Shown: positions 20,538 through 30,290 of the stretch, one piece after another
Numbering within the stretch: position 1 is the first letter of the stretch
Layout of the letters: the number at the start of each line of letters is the position of its first letter
DNA from: Alphaproteobacteria bacterium
GTDB taxonomy: Bacteria > Pseudomonadota > Alphaproteobacteria > Bin95
Assembly (NCBI GenBank): GCA_964291285.2
Contig: OZ219785.1
Location: 1,088,001-1,152,000, forward strand
Direction of reading: 5' to 3'
DNA length: 64,000 nucleotides
Notes under the pieces: model-generated
Database searches by the model: none
Told to the model about the DNA's origin: nothing
The model's input: the letters and a program-made list of their open reading frames with translations, nothing else
Program-made: the position numbers and the translations under genes

Positions 20538-21338
20538 TCAGGCGGGCTCGGCGTCGAGGCGCGCGGCGATGCCCCGGAGCTCCTCGGAGGCCGCCGGGTA
20601 GCGGTGCAGCACACGCGGGTCATGGCCCGGCACCACCCGGTCCGGCGCGCCCGCCAGCGCCTCCAGCCGGTCGAAGCCGGCGAGCAGGTCGGCGACGTTG
20701 TAGACGATCGGGAACGGCCGGCGCTGTTCCAGATTGGCGTAGAAATGCGCCGAGTCCGAGGCCAGCACCACGGGTCCGCGCCGGGTCTCGACGCGCACGC
20801 TCATCAGGCCCTTGGCATGGCCGCCGATATGGTGGACGGAAATGCCGGGTGCGAGCTGCGCGTCGCCGTCATGGAAGGTCAGTTCACCCGCATACAGCTT
20901 GCGCACCATGGTGCAGACATCCTCCACATGGTAGGGCGCCTTTATCACCTCATGGCACATGCAGGGGCCGGTTGCGTATTCCATCTCCTGCGCCTGGAGG
21001 TGGAAGCGGGCATTGGGGAAGTCCGAGAGCGTGCCGGCATGGTCGTAATGCATGTGGGTCACGATCACGTCGCGCACCGCGCCCGCATCGACGCCGACCA
21101 GCGCCAGGCCCTCCTTCGGCAGGCGCTGCAGCTTCCGGTTCCGCTCCGCCGCCGTCTCGTGGTTGAAGCCGGTATCGACGATGAAGGTCCGCGAACGGCC
21201 GACGACGGCCCAGACATAGAAGTCGAGCTGGCCGGACATGTCGTGGGGGTCGCCGCCGATCATGTTCTCGCTCATCGCGCGGTCGGCCACCTCGCCGTAT
21301 TTGACCGCGTAAATCTCGTAGAGATCGCCGTCCTGCAT
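20538..21338 (-). CDS. N-acyl homoserine lactonase-family metallo-beta-lactamase fold hydrolase
   Basis: THMHYDHAG, GGH, ASD, PGHD. Confidence 0.85.
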   Translation of the reverse strand: MQDGDLYEIYAVKYGEVADRAMSENMIGGDPHDMSGQLDFYVWAVVGRSRTFIVDTGFNHETAAERNRKLQRLPKEGLALVGVDAGAVRDVIVTHMHYDHAGTLSDFPNARFHLQAQEMEYATGPCMCHEVIKAPYHVEDVCTMVRKLYAGELTFHDGDAQLAPGISVHHIGGHAKGLMSVRVETRRGPVVLASDSAHFYANLEQRRPFPIVYNVADLLAGFDRLEALAGAPDRVVPGHDPRVLHRYPAASEELRGIAARLDAEPA

Positions 21339-21439
21339 GGGTCCGTTCCTCCGCCCCTTACTGCCCCCGCTTGATGGCCGGGCGCCGCGCCCCTGTCAAC
21401 GACCGAGCCCGCCACCGGCAGGCCGCCCTGCTTCCGGAG

Positions 21440-21519
21440 TGTCATGGGATGTCATGTTTTGTCATGAGGCGCGCCCGGCCTCTCTCGCCATATGTTCCGA
21501 TATGTCATGAGATGTCATG
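21440..21519. repeat. Phased TGTCATG heptamers (10-bp period)
   Basis: Copies at 21440, 21450, 21460, 21503, 21513. Confidence 0.7.
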
Positions 21520-21662
21520 TTCTGCATGCGCAGGGTTCATATGCTGTAGCCGTTTCGGGCATGGAGCTCTCCGCTCTTTGACCTCCTCTCCCGCCGGGCG
21601 GGAGGGGAGGATGTTCCGGACCTGCCGTTTCAACGCGAGCGGGTTGCTTTTTCGCATCCGGT

Positions 21663-21770
21663 TCGTCGCCCCGGACCCCGGTCCGGGGCCCATCTCCAAC
21701 CGTTTCGGTCCGGTGGAGAGGGCGGAGGATGGACCCCGGATCTTCGCTCCGCTCCGTCCGGGGCGACGAT
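21663..21770. repeat. REP-like palindromic element
   Basis: TCGTCGCCCCGGAC ... GTCCGGGGCGACGA inverted ends with internal hairpins. Confidence 0.6.
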
Positions 21771-21820
21771 GGGGGGGCTTGCGGACGAGGTCATTTCGGC
21801 CTGCACGGAGCCGGTCCTAC

Positions 21821-23834
21821 CCCGACTTCCGCAACTCGGCTTGAGAATCGACTGATTTGACGGTTTTCCGGCGCGAGAAGTGTCGGATTTCGGTGCAGTA
21901 CCTCTCGGGACCGGCTTGTAGTGCCGACCTACCCCCTTGATCGGGCTGGCGAAGATCCGGACGCTGCGCTGATGTTCGTGCGCTGCAAGAGACGCTTCAA
22001 GGACGGCAAGGAGCACCGCTACTGGAGCGTTGTGGAGAACGTCCGGGTCCACGGCGGTCGGGTTGTTCAGCGTCAGGTGCTCTATCTCGGGGAGATCAAC
22101 GACAGCCAGCGAGCGGCGTGGTGCCGCTCGATCGAGGTGGTGGAGGGCAAGTCGCGATCACGGCAGATGGCGCTGTTTCCCGAGGACCGGGAGGCGCCGG
22201 CGCTGACTTGCGAAGTGGTGAAGATCGACCTCTCGCAGGTGGCGCTTCACGACCCGCGCCAGTGGGGGGCGTGCTGGCTGGCGCTGTCCTTGTGGGACCG
22301 CCTGGACCTGGACCGCTTCTGGGAAGAGCGGCTGCCGGCGAGCCGGCAAGGCACGCGGTGGCTGGACATCCTGAAGATCCAGGTCTGCTACCGGCTGATC
22401 GACCCGGGCAGCGAGTGGCGCCTTCACCGTCACTGGTATGAGCACAGCGCGCTTCGCGATCTTCTGGGTGGCGAGCGGGCGATCGCCGACGACACACTCT
22501 ATCGCTGTCTCGACAAGCTGCTGGCGCACAAGCAGGGCTTCTTCTCGTTTCTGCGCGACCGCTGGGCGACGCTGTTCGAGGCGCGCTTCGACGTGCTGCT
22601 CTACGACCTGACCTCGACCTACTTCGAGAGCGATCCGCCGTTCGATGACAAGCGCCGCTTCGGCTACAGCCGGGACAAGCGGCCCGACTGCGTGCAGGTG
22701 GTGATCGCCCTGATCGTTACGCCGCAGGGCTTTCCGCTGGCCTATGAGGTGATGCCGGGCAACACCTCCGACGACACCACGCTGGCGGCGTTCCTCAAGA
22801 AGATCGAGGATCAGTATGGCCGCTCCGAGCGGGTGTGGATCATGGACCGCGGCATCCCCACCGAGGAGACGCTGGCCGCGATGCGCGAGGGCGAGGCGCC
22901 GGTGCGCTACCTGGTGGGCACGCCCAAGGGCCGGCTGACGCGGCTCGAGAAGGTGTTCCTGGGCCTGCCCTGGCAGGAGGTGCGCCAGTCCGTGACTGTC
23001 AAGCTTCTGGTCGAGGATGGCGAGCTCTACGTCCTGGTGCGCAGCGAGGGGCGGCAGGTGAAGGAACGCGGCATGCGCCGGCGCCGGCTGAAGAGGCTGT
23101 GGCGTCGATTGGCCGAGTTGCAAGGGCAGTCGAACAGCCGGGATCAGTTGTTGCTCAAGCTCGGCGCCGCCAGGAAGGAGGCCGGCCGGGCCTGGAGCCT
23201 GGTCGACATCACCGTGCCCGGGACCGACAGCGAACTCGCCGCCAACGGCTTCTCATTCCGCCTGCAGCGCGACCGGCTGCGCCAGGTCCGCCGCCGCGAG
23301 GGCCGTTACCTGCTGCGATCCAACATGGTCGCCGAAGACCCCGCCACGCTGTGGCATCTGTACATGCAGCTCGTCGAGATCGAGCAGGCGTTCAAGGAAC
23401 TCAAGCACGACCTCGCGATCCGCCCCATCTTCCATCAGCGCCAAGAGCGCATCGAGGCGCATATCTTCGTCTCGTTCATCGCCTACTGCCTGCTGGTGAC
23501 CCTGAAGAACCTCGCCCGGCCGCGCGCCCCGGGCCTCACCCCACGCGCCATCCTTGAGGCCTTCGCCACCATCCAGATGGTGGACGTCCATCTGCCAACC
23601 ACCGACGGCCGGCACCTCGTCCTGCCGCGCCACACCCGGCCGAACAAGGAGCACGAGCTACTGCTGCAACAGCTCGGCATGACCTGGCCGCAGCAACCCG
23701 CACCCCGGATCTCCGCCTGACGGCACACGGCGCCGCCTCTCCGTTCGCCGCCTTGTAGTGCCGACCCTCGGGGAGACGATCAAGGCTATTCAATGAGTTA
23801 GCATCCTCATGACCCCCGAGTTGCGGAAGTCGGG
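21821..23834 (+). mobile_element. IS1634 family insertion sequence
   Basis: 19-bp terminal IR CCCGACTTCCGCAACTCGG (21821-21839 / 23816-23834), flanked by CTAC and CTAA. Confidence 0.88.
21972..23720 (+). CDS. IS1634 family transposase
   Basis: YDLTSTYFE, GYSRDKRPD, MDRG, Y..L..IE.AFK.LK..L.IRPIFHQ. Confidence 0.92.
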   Translation: MFVRCKRRFKDGKEHRYWSVVENVRVHGGRVVQRQVLYLGEINDSQRAAWCRSIEVVEGKSRSRQMALFPEDREAPALTCEVVKIDLSQVALHDPRQWGACWLALSLWDRLDLDRFWEERLPASRQGTRWLDILKIQVCYRLIDPGSEWRLHRHWYEHSALRDLLGGERAIADDTLYRCLDKLLAHKQGFFSFLRDRWATLFEARFDVLLYDLTSTYFESDPPFDDKRRFGYSRDKRPDCVQVVIALIVTPQGFPLAYEVMPGNTSDDTTLAAFLKKIEDQYGRSERVWIMDRGIPTEETLAAMREGEAPVRYLVGTPKGRLTRLEKVFLGLPWQEVRQSVTVKLLVEDGELYVLVRSEGRQVKERGMRRRRLKRLWRRLAELQGQSNSRDQLLLKLGAARKEAGRAWSLVDITVPGTDSELAANGFSFRLQRDRLRQVRRREGRYLLRSNMVAEDPATLWHLYMQLVEIEQAFKELKHDLAIRPIFHQRQERIEAHIFVSFIAYCLLVTLKNLARPRAPGLTPRAILEAFATIQMVDVHLPTTDGRHLVLPRHTRPNKEHELLLQQLGMTWPQQPAPRISA

Positions 23835-23982
23835 CTAATACCAACGGTCGTTGATTGGAACCTATAGCAGAGCCTCCCTCCGCAGCTCGCCCCCTGAGCC
23901 GAGGCCTCCTACTGCAAGAGGTAATCTCCGCCGAGAGAGGCTAATCGGTTCTTATCTGTGGCCGGTGGTATAAGCTCCCCCG

Positions 23983-25038
23983 ATGGTGGAACTTCGACGG
24001 GGCTGGACGACGGGTGCCTGCGCGGCGGCGGCGGCGCGGGCCGCCTGCGAACGCCTGCTCACGGGACGCCTGCCCGACCCGGTCGCGATAGACCTGCCGC
24101 GCGGTCTGAAAGCCTCCTTCCCGCTTGCCGAGACCGGGGAATGGGTGGGCGTGCGAAAAGACGCCGGCGACGACCCGGACGCGACACACGGCGCCATCGT
24201 GCGCGCCCGCCTGCATCCCGCGCCATCGGGCGCCGGCGTGCGTTTCCGCGCGGGGCCCGGCGTTGGCACCGTCACCCTGCCCGGCCTGCCGCTCGCGGTC
24301 GGCGAGCCCGCGATCAATCCGGGGCCGCGCGCCATCATCGCCGCCAATCTCCGCGCCGTCGCGGACGAATACGGGCTCGGGGCGGACTTCGAGACGGAAA
24401 TCGGCATAGAGGACGGAGAGGCGCTGGCGCTCAGGACAGCCAATGCCCGGCTCGGCATCGCCGGCGGGCTCTCGGTGCTCGGCACGACAGGGGTCGTCAT
24501 CCCCTATTCCTGCGCGGCTTGGATCCATGCGGTGCATCGCGGCGTGGACGTGGCGCGGGCCGCCGGCCTCGACCATGTCGGCGCGGCGACCGGGCGGGGC
24601 TCGGAGGCGGCGCTCCAGGCGCTGCTCGGCCTGCCGGACCACGGCATGATCGACATGGGCGATTTCGCCGGCGCGCTGCTCAAATATCTCCGCCGGCGGC
24701 CGGTGGCGCGGCTCAGCCTCGCGGGCGGTTTCGGCAAGCTCTCCAAGCTCGCGGCGGGGCATCTGGACCTGCACTCCGACCGCTCCGCCGTCGATATCCC
24801 GCGCCTCGCAGCGGATCTGAAGGCGCTCGGCGGGCCGGACGCCAGCGGTGCGCGGAGCGCGGGCGCGGTGCTGGACCTAGCCGGCGGCCTGCCGCTTGCC
24901 CGGCGCATTGCCGAGCAGGCGCGCGAGACCGCGCTTGCCGCGCTCGCCGGCGGCACGCAAGTCGATGTCCGCGTGATCGACCGGCGCGGCCGGGTGATCG
25001 GCGAGGCCGGCGTAGATCGAGGAAGCGGTCTGGAATAA
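23983..25038 (+). CDS. cbiD: Cobalt-precorrin-5B C1-methyltransferase
   Basis: LRRGWTTGACA, KDAGDDPD.THG, GEPAINP, GGLSVLGTTG; C-terminus probably extended by an insertion. Confidence 0.92.
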   Translation: MVELRRGWTTGACAAAAARAACERLLTGRLPDPVAIDLPRGLKASFPLAETGEWVGVRKDAGDDPDATHGAIVRARLHPAPSGAGVRFRAGPGVGTVTLPGLPLAVGEPAINPGPRAIIAANLRAVADEYGLGADFETEIGIEDGEALALRTANARLGIAGGLSVLGTTGVVIPYSCAAWIHAVHRGVDVARAAGLDHVGAATGRGSEAALQALLGLPDHGMIDMGDFAGALLKYLRRRPVARLSLAGGFGKLSKLAAGHLDLHSDRSAVDIPRLAADLKALGGPDASGARSAGAVLDLAGGLPLARRIAEQARETALAALAGGTQVDVRVIDRRGRVIGEAGVDRGSGLE

Positions 25039-25100
25039 TCGCGGCGGGCGTTATGCCATCCAGCAGCGCACCGCTTCACCGATGGAACCGGTATCGCGTC

Positions 25101-25355
25101 TCAGCGATACACGTCTCTGCGACGGCGCACCCGGATCGCCAGCACGGTGAGTTCCTCCTCCCGGATCTCGTACACGACCCGATACTCGCCGACCCGGATT
25201 CGCCGCAATCCGCGCAGCTCCCCCTTCAGTGTGCTCCCCGTGAACGGGTTCCCGGCAAGGCTGTCGATCGCCTCGGCGAGCCGCGTGCAGGCCGGCCCGG
25301 CGATCCGGGCCAGCTCCCTGGCCGCGCTCCGCTTAATCCTGACCGAGTAGGTCAC
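25101..25355 (-). CDS. RelE/ParE family toxin
   Basis: YSVRIKRSA.REL, LKGELRGLRRIRVGEYRVVYEI, R.DVYR. Confidence 0.88.
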   Translation of the reverse strand: MTYSVRIKRSAARELARIAGPACTRLAEAIDSLAGNPFTGSTLKGELRGLRRIRVGEYRVVYEIREEELTVLAIRVRRRRDVYR

Positions 25356-25554
25356 GCCTGACGTCATCCCAGTCGAGCACCGGGTCGCCGGGGTCGCGGA
25401 GTCGGTCTATCGCGACACTCAGGTCGTCGAAGTCCTCAACGTAGCGCTCGATGGCCTGGCGGATCACCTCCGCGCGGGAACGCTTGAGGTCCCGGGCGGC
25501 GTTGTCGAGGGCCCTGACCAGTTCATCGGGAAGCCGCGCTGAAACCTGTGTCAT
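25333..25554 (-). CDS. CopG/RHH antitoxin
   Basis: QVSARLPDEL..ALD..A..LKRSRAEVIRQAIE.Y.ED..D. Confidence 0.85.
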   Translation of the reverse strand: MTQVSARLPDELVRALDNAARDLKRSRAEVIRQAIERYVEDFDDLSVAIDRLRDPGDPVLDWDDVRRDLLGQD

Positions 25555-25603
25555 GGTTTGACTCCGGGTGAAGTCATTCAATGTCGAATACATTACTCTA
25601 CTG

Positions 25604-25669
25604 TCAAGCTGTCGCATAGCCAATTGCGAACGCCTTGACGCCTGCCCCGGTGAGGGTGACATTTCGCAT
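25604..25669 (-). pseudogene. Tyrosine integrase 5' stub
   Basis: MRNVTLTGAGVKAF versus MAKTTLTEARVKAL at 58313; shared ACTGGA.CCGGGAGAA leader. Confidence 0.7.
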
Positions 25670-25772
25670 GTGTATTCTCCCGGTTCCAGTCGCGATATTC
25701 GTTCTCCGGTTGCAAGTTTCGAGAGAGAAACGACGCTTTGTCAGATAGTTAGAACCCAAAGGTGCGAGGCCG

Positions 25773-26522
25773 GTGTCTAGGCCCCGCATCCTCATCCTGG
25801 GCGGGACGGGCGAGGGGGCGGCGATTGCGCGGGCGCTGGAGGGAAAGGCCTCGGTCGTGAGTTCCCTTGCGGGCCGGACGCGGCGCCCGGCGGCGCTTGC
25901 GGGCGCGGTCAGGACCGGCGGCTTCGGCGGCGCCGAGGGCCTTGCGCACTATCTCGGCAAGCAGCGCATCGACCGGCTCATAGACGCGACGCACCCCTTT
26001 GCCGCGCGCATCTCCGCCAATGCGCGCGAGGCCGCGGAGCGGGCGGGCGTGCCCCGGCTTGCGGTCGAGCGGCCCATGTGGCGGCGGCAGCCGGGAGACC
26101 GCTGGATTTGCGTGGCCGACGCGGCGGCGGCCGCCCGGGCTTTGCCGGACCTGCCGGACGCGGTGTTCCTGACGCTCGGCCCCGGCGACCTCGACGCCTT
26201 TGCGGGCCTGAGCGGCCGGCGCTTCGTGCTGCGGCGCATCGACCCCGGCCCCTCGCCGCTGGCCGGCGCGGAGGTGGTGCTGGCGCGCGGTCCCTTCGAC
26301 CTCGCAGGGGAACGCAGACTGTTCGAGGACTACGGCATCCGGACGCTGGTGACGCGGGCTTCCGGCGGCGCGGCCACGGAAGCCAAGATCGCCGCTGCGC
26401 GCGAACGCGGCGTTCCGGTCGTGATGATCCGGCGGCCGCCGGCGGAACCGGGCCCGCGCGTTTCCAGTGTCGAAGCGGCCGTCGCGTGGGCGCTCAGCAG
26501 CGCCGGCAGCGGATCTTCTTGA
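25773..26522 (+). CDS. cobK: Precorrin-6A / cobalt-precorrin-6A reductase
   Basis: ILILGGT.E, SLAGRT, GGFGGAEGL, IDATHPFA, RGPF, MIRRP. Confidence 0.92.
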   Translation: MSRPRILILGGTGEGAAIARALEGKASVVSSLAGRTRRPAALAGAVRTGGFGGAEGLAHYLGKQRIDRLIDATHPFAARISANAREAAERAGVPRLAVERPMWRRQPGDRWICVADAAAAARALPDLPDAVFLTLGPGDLDAFAGLSGRRFVLRRIDPGPSPLAGAEVVLARGPFDLAGERRLFEDYGIRTLVTRASGGAATEAKIAAARERGVPVVMIRRPPAEPGPRVSSVEAAVAWALSSAGSGSS

Positions 26523-26679
26523 ACACCTGGTCGCGGTCGCCGTCCACGGCCAGCCAGTCCAGCAGGCAGCGCAGCGCCTTGCCGCGGTCCGCCAGCCGGT
26601 AGTCCTTCACCGCATCGTCCAGCAGCGTGAGCATGTCGGGGTTCAACTCGACCTCGACCGTCACCTTGTCACCGGCCAT
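26494..26679 (-). CDS. Small conserved hypothetical protein (RHH-like, CxxC tail)
   Basis: GGAGG-type RBS, D..KALRCLLDW, F..IRCRRC. Confidence 0.6.
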   Translation of the reverse strand: MAGDKVTVEVELNPDMLTLLDDAVKDYRLADRGKALRCLLDWLAVDGDRDQVFKKIRCRRC

Positions 26680-26694
26680 CGCCTTCCGCCTCCG

Positions 26695-26826
26695 TTAGAG
26701 CAGCGTTGCCGCCAGAATGACCAGCAGGAGGATCACCCCGCCCGTGGACCAGCCGAGGAACCTGCAGAAACCGCCCCAGATATGCTGGTGGCGCGCCTCT
26801 TCCGCCGCCGCATTGTATTCCGCCAT
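26695..26826 (-). CDS. aa3-type cytochrome c oxidase subunit IV-like small membrane protein (absent from ORF track)
   Basis: MAEYNAAAEEARHQHIWGGFCRFLGWSTGGVILLLVILAATLL; GGGGAGG RBS. Confidence 0.6.
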   Translation of the reverse strand: MAEYNAAAEEARHQHIWGGFCRFLGWSTGGVILLLVILAATLL

Positions 26827-26886
26827 CGGACGCAAACCTCCCCCAAGAGACAAGCCGGCGGCACTATAGCCGGACGCCTGTTGCCC

Positions 26887-27510
26887 TCACTGCGACGGAT
26901 TGACCGGCGGACGGTCCGAATCGGCCGCAATGACCCGCTCGTTCACCACTTTCACGCGGCCTTCCGCGATCCAGCCGACCGCCATCGGCAACACCCGGTG
27001 CTCACGCGCAAGCACGCGGGCGGCCAGTGTCTCTTCCGTGTCGTCGGGACTCACCGGCACGGCCGCCTGGAGGATGATCGGGCCGGCGTCGAGCTCGGCG
27101 CGCACGAAATGCACCGTGCAGCCGTGCCAGCGCACGCCGGCTTCCAGGGCGCGCCTGTGCGTGTCGAGGCCCCGGAAGGCCGGCAGCAGCGAGGGGTGGA
27201 TATTGACGGACCGGTCGCGCCAGCGGGCTACAAATTCCGGCCCCAGCACGCGCATGAAGCCCGCCAGAACGACGAGCCCGATATCCGCCGCCCGGAGCGC
27301 CGTATCCAGCGCCTCCTCGAAGGCCGCCCGGTCGGCGAAATCGCCGTGCGGCACCGTCAGGGCGGGCACGCCGGCGGCTTCGGCCCGCGCGAGACCCGGG
27401 GCGCCGGGGACGTTCGAAACCGCGAGCGCGACCTTCCACGAGGCGGCGCCGGCGTCCAGCAGCGCCTGGAGATTGCTGCCCCGGCCGGACAGCAGCACGC
27501 CGACCCTCAC
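26887..27510 (-). CDS. purN: Phosphoribosylglycinamide formyltransferase
   Basis: [36 protein letters not shown]. Confidence 0.95.
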   Translation of the reverse strand: MRVGVLLSGRGSNLQALLDAGAASWKVALAVSNVPGAPGLARAEAAGVPALTVPHGDFADRAAFEEALDTALRAADIGLVVLAGFMRVLGPEFVARWRDRSVNIHPSLLPAFRGLDTHRRALEAGVRWHGCTVHFVRAELDAGPIILQAAVPVSPDDTEETLAARVLAREHRVLPMAVGWIAEGRVKVVNERVIAADSDRPPVNPSQ

Positions 27511-28553
27511 CGCCGCCAGCCCTCGAGGCTCTCCAGGGCGACGCCCTCGCCCTCGATGACCTCGCCGATGCGGAAGACCGTCTCGCCCGCCGCCTCGAAA
27601 GACGCCGCCAGCGCTTCCGCCCGCTCCGGCTCGACCGTGACGGTCATGCCGATGCCGCAGTTGAAGGTGCGCGCGAGCTCTTCCGGCGCGACATGGCCGG
27701 CGAGCCACGCGAAGACGGGCGGCAGCGGCCAGGCAGCGCAGTCGATCCGCATGGCGAGGCCCGGCGGCAGGCCGCGCGGCGGGTTCTCCACGAGGCCGCC
27801 GCCGGTGATGTGCGCCAGCGCCCGGACTCCTCCTTCGGCGAGCGCCGCTAGCACGGGGCGGACATAGATGCGCGTCGGCCGGAGCAGGGCCTCGCCGAGC
27901 GCGTCCTGCGAGAAGGGTGACAGGTCGCCGAGGTCGAGATCCTCCTGTTCGACGATGCGGCGGACGAGCGAGAAGCCGTTGGCGTGCAGGCCGTCCGAGG
28001 CGAGGCCCAGAACGACGTCTCCCGGCCGGGCGCCGGGATGTTCCATCCGTTCGCGCTCGACCGCGCCGACGGCGAAGCCCGCAAGATCGTAGCGGCCCGG
28101 CGGATAGAAGCCCGGCATTTCCGCCGTCTCGCCGCCGATGAGCGCGCAGCCCGCGGCTATGCAACCCTCGGCAACGCCTTCCACCACCGCTGCCGCCGCA
28201 TCCGCATCCAGGGCGCCGGTCGCGAAATAGTCGAGGAAGAACAGCGGCTCCGCCCCCTGTGCGGCGAGGTCGTTGACGCACATCGCCACCAGGTCGATGC
28301 CGACGCCGCGATGGCGGTCAAGCGCCTGGGCGATCTCCAGCTTGGTGCCGACCCCGTCGGTCGCGGCCACCAGCACCGGGTCCCGGAACCCGGCCGCGCG
28401 GAGGTCGAAGAAGCCGCCAAAGCCGCCGAGCTGCCCGTCCGCGCCCGTCCGCGCCGTCCGCGCCGCTGCCGGCGCGATCCGGCGCACCAGCGCCTCTCCG
28501 GCGTCTATATCGACGCCGGCCGCCTTGTATGTCGTGCCTTCCCTGCTCGCCAT
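27507..28553 (-). CDS. purM: Phosphoribosylformylglycinamidine cyclo-ligase
   Basis: [36 protein letters not shown]. Confidence 0.95.
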   Translation of the reverse strand: MASREGTTYKAAGVDIDAGEALVRRIAPAAARTARTGADGQLGGFGGFFDLRAAGFRDPVLVAATDGVGTKLEIAQALDRHRGVGIDLVAMCVNDLAAQGAEPLFFLDYFATGALDADAAAAVVEGVAEGCIAAGCALIGGETAEMPGFYPPGRYDLAGFAVGAVERERMEHPGARPGDVVLGLASDGLHANGFSLVRRIVEQEDLDLGDLSPFSQDALGEALLRPTRIYVRPVLAALAEGGVRALAHITGGGLVENPPRGLPPGLAMRIDCAAWPLPPVFAWLAGHVAPEELARTFNCGIGMTVTVEPERAEALAASFEAAGETVFRIGEVIEGEGVALESLEGWRR

Positions 28554-28610
28554 GTCACCTCGGGGGCGGTATAGTCCGGGCTGACAATATCCATCGGGCG
28601 AAGAGGCGCA

Positions 28611-29714
28611 ATGCGAGCGTTGTTCGGGCCGGCGGCGGCGATGATCCTCGCAGCGCTCGCGGTCCTGTTGCCGGGCGGGCCGGCCGCCGCGAAAACCGAT
28701 CTCTATACGGTGCAGGACATTTCCGTGGACGAGTCGGCGCCTTCCGCGGCCGAGGCCAAGCAGGCCGCCATGGCCGAAGCCCGGGCGGCGGCCCTGGATG
28801 CGCTGCTGCGGCGCCTGACGCTTCGCGAGGACCATGAGCGCCTGCCGGTCCCGGAACCCGAGGTCGTCGGGGCGGCGATGCGCACCGTGCAGGTGCTGGA
28901 GGAGCGCCAGTCGCCGGTGCGCTATATCGCGCGCGTCTCGGTCGGTTTCCATCCGGAGCCGGTGCGCGCGCTCCTGCGCGAGGCCGGCATCCCGTTCTCG
29001 GAGGCGGTGAGCGGGCGCGTGGCCGTCTTTCCCGTCTATGACTGGGGACCGCTGCGCCTCCTGTTCGAGGACGCCAATCCCTGGCGCGCGGCCTGGGCGC
29101 GGCGCCCGGCGGCGAACGAGCCGGTGCCGCTTGTGCTTCCGGCGGCCGGCGACCCGGCCATGCCGGCGGCGGACAGCGCGGCCGAGGGCGACCGCGCCCG
29201 CCTGTTGCAGGCTGCCGCACGCATCGGCGCCCGGCGCGCGCTGGTCGCCCATGCCGTCTATCGCCTCGAGGGGCAACGCACCCGCCCGGTGCTGGAGGTG
29301 ACGCTCAGGCGCTACGGAGCGGGTGAAGCGGCCGCTGCCGAGACGCTGCGCGTCGAAGGCCGGGCCGGGGAAACGGTCGGGAGCCTCTGTGTGCGCGCCG
29401 CAGCCCGGGCGGCGGCCGCGATCCAGGAGAGCTGGAAGCGCGCCAATCTGGTCGCGGCGGACGCACCCGCGAAGCCGTTCGAGGCAACGGCGCCGCTCGG
29501 CGGGCTCGGCGACCTCATCGCGGTGAAGGACGCACTCGCGGCAGCCGGCGGCGTGCATCGGCTCCGGCTGGCGGAACTGGCGCGCAGCCGGGCGGTGTTC
29601 CGGTTCCGGTTCGCGGGCGGTCCGGAACGCCTGCGCGGCGTGCTGGAGCGGCAGGGCCTTGCGCTCGAACGGGACGGCGGCAATGGCTGGACGCTCCGCG
29701 CGCTCGACCGCTGA
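28611..29714 (+). CDS. DUF2066-like secreted protein
   Basis: Signal peptide; conserved position divergent from purM. Confidence 0.7.
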   Translation: MRALFGPAAAMILAALAVLLPGGPAAAKTDLYTVQDISVDESAPSAAEAKQAAMAEARAAALDALLRRLTLREDHERLPVPEPEVVGAAMRTVQVLEERQSPVRYIARVSVGFHPEPVRALLREAGIPFSEAVSGRVAVFPVYDWGPLRLLFEDANPWRAAWARRPAANEPVPLVLPAAGDPAMPAADSAAEGDRARLLQAAARIGARRALVAHAVYRLEGQRTRPVLEVTLRRYGAGEAAAAETLRVEGRAGETVGSLCVRAAARAAAAIQESWKRANLVAADAPAKPFEATAPLGGLGDLIAVKDALAAAGGVHRLRLAELARSRAVFRFRFAGGPERLRGVLERQGLALERDGGNGWTLRALDR

Positions 29715-29732
29715 GGCCGGCGCACCCCGACG

Positions 29733-30290
29733 ATGACCCTGCCCAACGCGATCACGCTCGCCCGCCTGCTGGCGGTACCCCTGGCCGTCTGGCTGGTGGT
29801 GCGCGGCTGGTACGAGGCGGCGCTCTGGCTGTTCCTGCTCGCCGGCCTTTCCGACGCCGTGGACGGCTGGCTGGCCCGCCGGCTCGGGCAGGTATCGCGT
29901 CTCGGCAGCCTGCTCGATCCCGTCGCCGACAAGGCGCTGCTGGTTTCGGTCTTCATCGCGCTCGGCGTTCGCGACCAGCTGCCCGCCTGGCTCGTGATCC
30001 TGGTGGTGTTCCGCGACGCGCTGATTATCTCCGGCTGGCTGCTCGGCCAGATGCTCATGCCGTCCGCCCAGCCGGTGCGGCCGCACTGGACGAGCAAGCT
30101 GAACACCTGCGTGCAGCTTGCCTTCGCCGCGGGCGTACTCGCCATGCTGGCCTGGCAGTTCCACATTCCGGTCGCCCTGGAAGCCGCCTGCGCCGTCGTC
30201 GCCGTGACGACCGCCGTATCCGGCGGGGTCTATGTCGTCACCTGGATGCGCGGCATGATGCGGCTCGAACGGGGAGGCGGTGCGGCATGA
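29733..30290 (+). CDS. CDP-alcohol phosphatidyltransferase
   Basis: PNAIT.AR, D.VDGWLAR....S.LG..LDP.ADK. Confidence 0.9.
   Translation: MTLPNAITLARLLAVPLAVWLVVRGWYEAALWLFLLAGLSDAVDGWLARRLGQVSRLGSLLDPVADKALLVSVFIALGVRDQLPAWLVILVVFRDALIISGWLLGQMLMPSAQPVRPHWTSKLNTCVQLAFAAGVLAMLAWQFHIPVALEAACAVVAVTTAVSGGVYVVTWMRGMMRLERGGGAA

Larger units (their letters stand above)
25001..25773 (-). mobile_element. Degenerate integrative element (763 bp) carrying a TA pair
   Basis: GCGAGGCCGG direct repeat at 25001-25010 and 25764-25773; end motif and integrase 5' stub match 58184-58355. Confidence 0.75.

Noticed and set aside
25740-25756. Integron attC/attI (GTTAG core)
   Set aside because: No paired RYYYAAC...GTTRRRY hairpin or cassette array, and the integrases are arm-type rather than IntI
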